Shown piece by piece: positions 61,143 through 64,000 of a stretch of 64,000 nt of DNA. Each line of letters starts with the position of its first letter. Positions within the stretch are counted from its first letter, which is position 1. Source of the stretch: Candidatus Entotheonellaceae bacterium (GTDB taxonomy: Bacteria > Tectomicrobia > Entotheonellia > Entotheonellales > Entotheonellaceae); NCBI GenBank assembly GCA_965238075.1, contig OZ250173.1, forward strand, positions 224,001 through 288,000. Reading direction: 5' to 3'. Made by a program: the position numbers and the translations under genes. The notes beneath the pieces were generated by a model. It was not told where the DNA came from, did no database searches, and saw nothing but the letters and a program-made list of their open reading frames with translations.

Positions 61143-61466
61143 ATGTATGTCCTCAAACGGGTTTTTCAAGTACAACGCGGCCAAGAGTGGAAGGCTGCTG
61201 CCCTGGCCACCCGGATCGCTGCCGCCTACGAGGCGGCCGGCCGTAATCCGTCAAGCGTCTACATCGGCGGCACCGGGTTGCCCGGCGAGCCCGGCATGGT
61301 GTACGTGGAGTGGACGCAGGACCGAATTGAGCCGAACCGCTACTCCGACGTGCCCAAGGCCGTTTTCGAGCTCGTGAAAGAGTTGCGTCCGATCCAGGAG
61401 GATACCTGGATCGAATTCTACGAGTTGGTGACCCCGGAAAAACTGCATGACCGCGGCGCGGCCTGA
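61143..61466 (+). CDS. Hypothetical protein (possibly dimeric alpha/beta barrel)
   Basis: GGAGG RBS and coding-like codon usage. Confidence 0.65.
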   Translation: MYVLKRVFQVQRGQEWKAAALATRIAAAYEAAGRNPSSVYIGGTGLPGEPGMVYVEWTQDRIEPNRYSDVPKAVFELVKELRPIQEDTWIEFYELVTPEKLHDRGAA

Positions 61467-61493
61467 GCTTCTCCCAACGGCACCAGGTGAATC

Positions 61494-63211
61494 ATGGTCA
61501 AGATGAGCGGTGGCGAAGCCTTGGCGAAGTCTCTCGTAAAAGAGGGCGTTGAGGTCGTATTCGGCATCCCAGGCATACAGATATACGGAATCGTGGCCGC
61601 AATACGGGATGAGCCGGGCCTTGGCATGGTCACCACGCGCCACGAACAAGCTGCGTCATACATGGCCGACGGCTATTCGCGCGCGTCGGGAAAACCGGGC
61701 GTCGCCCTTGTGGTTCCAGGCGTGGGTCTTTACAACGCCGCCTCCGGCTTGGCCACTGCGTACGCCCGTTCTTCGCCCGTGCTCTGTGTTGCCGGACAGA
61801 TCCCGCGCCACCAGATGGGAAAAACCTCGGAGCCGTTCATGAAATTTCAAATCAGCCGGAAGTCGTGTGCCCCGTCACCAAGTGGCAGCGGCAGGCGCTC
61901 CGGCCTCGCGAAGTTCCGGTGTGTGTGGCCGAGGCGTTCAGACAGATGCGAACAGGCCGTCCCCGCCCTGTTCTGATTGAGATTCCCCCCGATGCTTCGG
62001 TGGAGCGAGAGGAAGTCCAGCTGCGGGAGCCGTTCCGAGTTCCCCGCATCGTACCCAGCCCTGAACACCTTCGGGAGGCTGCCCGCGTCATCGCCCAATC
62101 CCGCCTGCCCCTCATATACGCCGGCGGTGGGGTGGCGCGATCAGACGCGGAAGAAGCTCTCGTCAAACTGGCCGAAGCGACCAACATACCTGTCGTCACA
62201 TCCACCGGCGGTAAGGGAACCATTCCGGACAAACATCCGCTGTCTTACGGCTCGTGTTTCAGCCCTCGGGGAGAGAGACAGGAACTGAATCAGCTTTACG
62301 AAGTCATGCAGTCCGCCGACGTCGTGATAGGAATCGGCACCCGTTTTTCGATGGGCAACCCGGCCGGCGAGGCGTCTACTCTCGTCAACATCAACATAGA
62401 CGACGGGGAGCTTACCAGGGTCCAAGCCAATACCATCCCCCTGCATGGCGACGCCAGAGCGACCCTTGAAGGGATAATTCCCTACCTCACTAAGGCTAGA
62501 GCAGGAGACCGCCCGTCGCCCGTCGAAGCAGTCGTTGCGGCTCGGCGTCTGATCGCCTACTACGACATCCAGCTCCACGAGCCGCAGTATCCAGTGCTAC
62601 AGGCAATACGGAACGGCATTCCTGAGGACGCTTTCACAGTCTGGGGAATCACCCAGTTCGGCTACTACGCCCGCACTCACTGGCAGGTGAATCATGCCAA
62701 GACATACATAGATTCCGGCTATTCGTTCAACCTCGGCTATTCCTTCCAGACGGCGCTGGGCGTGAAGGTGGCTCAACCCGACCGCCCTGTGGTGTGCATC
62801 GTCGGGGACGGCGGGTTCATGTTCAATTCGTCGGAACTTTCCACCGCGGTCAAGTATGGGATTAATGTAACGACCGTCGTTTTCAGAAACGATTCCTACG
62901 GCAACATTGCCCGCGACTTGAACGAGGTGTTTAGCGGAACATACGAGACCGATCTGCACAACCCGGACTTCGTCAAGTTTGCCGAGTCGTTCGGCGCCGC
63001 CGGCATGAGAGCAAGCGACCCCATGGATTTGGAAACCCTGGTCCCCCTCGCGCTGCAACGCCAGGCCCCGGTGGTTATTGACGTACCCTTCGGAGACATG
63101 CCAATACCAGCCGCCCCACAGATTGCGCCTCTGTATCATCTACCGTGGACAATGCCCCAGGAGGGCGATCGAATCCTGAGGCAGTCGATGTGTTTGTCAA
63201 CTGCCGCCTAA
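61494..63211 (+). pseudogene. ThDP-dependent enzyme (acetolactate synthase-like) split by a single-base frameshift at about 61820
   Basis: Frame 1 has FGIPG, RHEQAASYMADGY and GQIP. Frame 2 continues NLGAVHEI...VTKW and contains GDGGFMFN...N (ThDP motif). Confidence 0.85.
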
Positions 63212-63394
63212 TTCACCGTTAGCTCTTCGGGTTTTGTCGTCCCAAGGACTTGCGCAGTAACCGGCAGTTTGCGACAACGGCGCCTCAGGCGATTGTGTCG
63301 GCGTCGTTCCACCGCGAAATCAAGCGATGGCAAATCCCGCCCACTTCTCAGCCAATTCCTGCGTGGGCATTCAGTGGCGACAAGGGGACACGTT

Positions 63395-63856
63395 ATGTCG
63401 CGGTGGCAGAGAGGTGTCGTGTGGAGCATGGCCGCGTTGACGTGCATGATCGTGCCGGCTGTCGCGGGTGCGCCAAGCAACGCCGCGCTGATGACGCTGG
63501 TGATGCCCGGCGTTGTATCTGGGGAAGTGGCGAAACGCACCGAGGTACTACGGGATTTGCTGTCGCAGTATTACACGCTGGTGCCGCAAGACCAGGCGCA
63601 GACGGCCGAAGCCCGCGCGGTGAGCGCCGGATGTGAAGGGACGGAGGCGTGCATGGCGGAAGTCCGGCAGGCGTTAGGCGTCGATGTTGTCTACCACCTT
63701 TACATCGAAGATCAGGGGTATGTCGACCCGGTTCACCTGACCCGCCTCGGTAAAGCCGGCATCGTTAAGCAATACACCCAACGCAACCGTTGCACGCGTC
63801 GACTCTATCGCAGAACTCTGGAGCAACTTTTGCGCGCCATCCAGCATGCTCCATAA
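63395..63856 (+). CDS. Exported hypothetical protein
   Basis: AAGGGGA RBS, signal peptide ending AVAGA, GCEGTEAC Cys pair. Confidence 0.6.
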   Translation: MSRWQRGVVWSMAALTCMIVPAVAGAPSNAALMTLVMPGVVSGEVAKRTEVLRDLLSQYYTLVPQDQAQTAEARAVSAGCEGTEACMAEVRQALGVDVVYHLYIEDQGYVDPVHLTRLGKAGIVKQYTQRNRCTRRLYRRTLEQLLRAIQHAP

Positions 63857-64000
63857 GAGCATAAGGCGGCCGCATTGCAACCGCGCCTGTGGCGGGCTCT
63901 CTCGACAGCTATGACAGGCTCCTCAGCATGCAACCTGATTCGGTCACGCACTGGCAAATACCTGAACCGCTCGCCATCCGGGAAGCCCGCTTATACGATG

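Overview
GC-rich bacterial chromosomal window that is densely protein-coding. I saw no rRNA, tRNA or CRISPR array. The gene content (many CoA-transferases, Tat-exported sugar-binding proteins, an F420 LLM oxidoreductase, GGT, NiSOD) recalls Tectomicrobia/'Entotheonella'-like sponge symbionts, but that is only an impression. Housekeeping genes (pyrF, hflX, tatD) are mixed with transporters, catabolic enzymes and metal-handling loci: tungstate tupBC-A, sodN/sodX, and a Fur-boxed imelysin/di-haem operon. Two systems stand out. (1) An operon in which a Cys/His-rich DUF318-type metal permease is fused to an HflK/SPFH domain and followed by hflC and a second hflK. (2) A divergent locus pairing an atypical PQQ dehydrogenase (lanthanide-type DYD motif, no vicinal Cys-Cys), a cytochrome c and a TPR protein with a four-gene MotA/ExbB-type ion-motor operon, whose MotB/ExbD-like partner carries a YfaP-like domain and is followed by two paralogous membrane proteins. 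Smaller observations include a probable AUC start for hflX, a MITE that supplies the N-terminus of a di-haem protein, collapsed pseudogenes, IS5 and IS630 remnants, a tandemly duplicated sodium:solute symporter and a frameshifted ThDP enzyme. All family calls come from motif recognition by eye, not from database searches.
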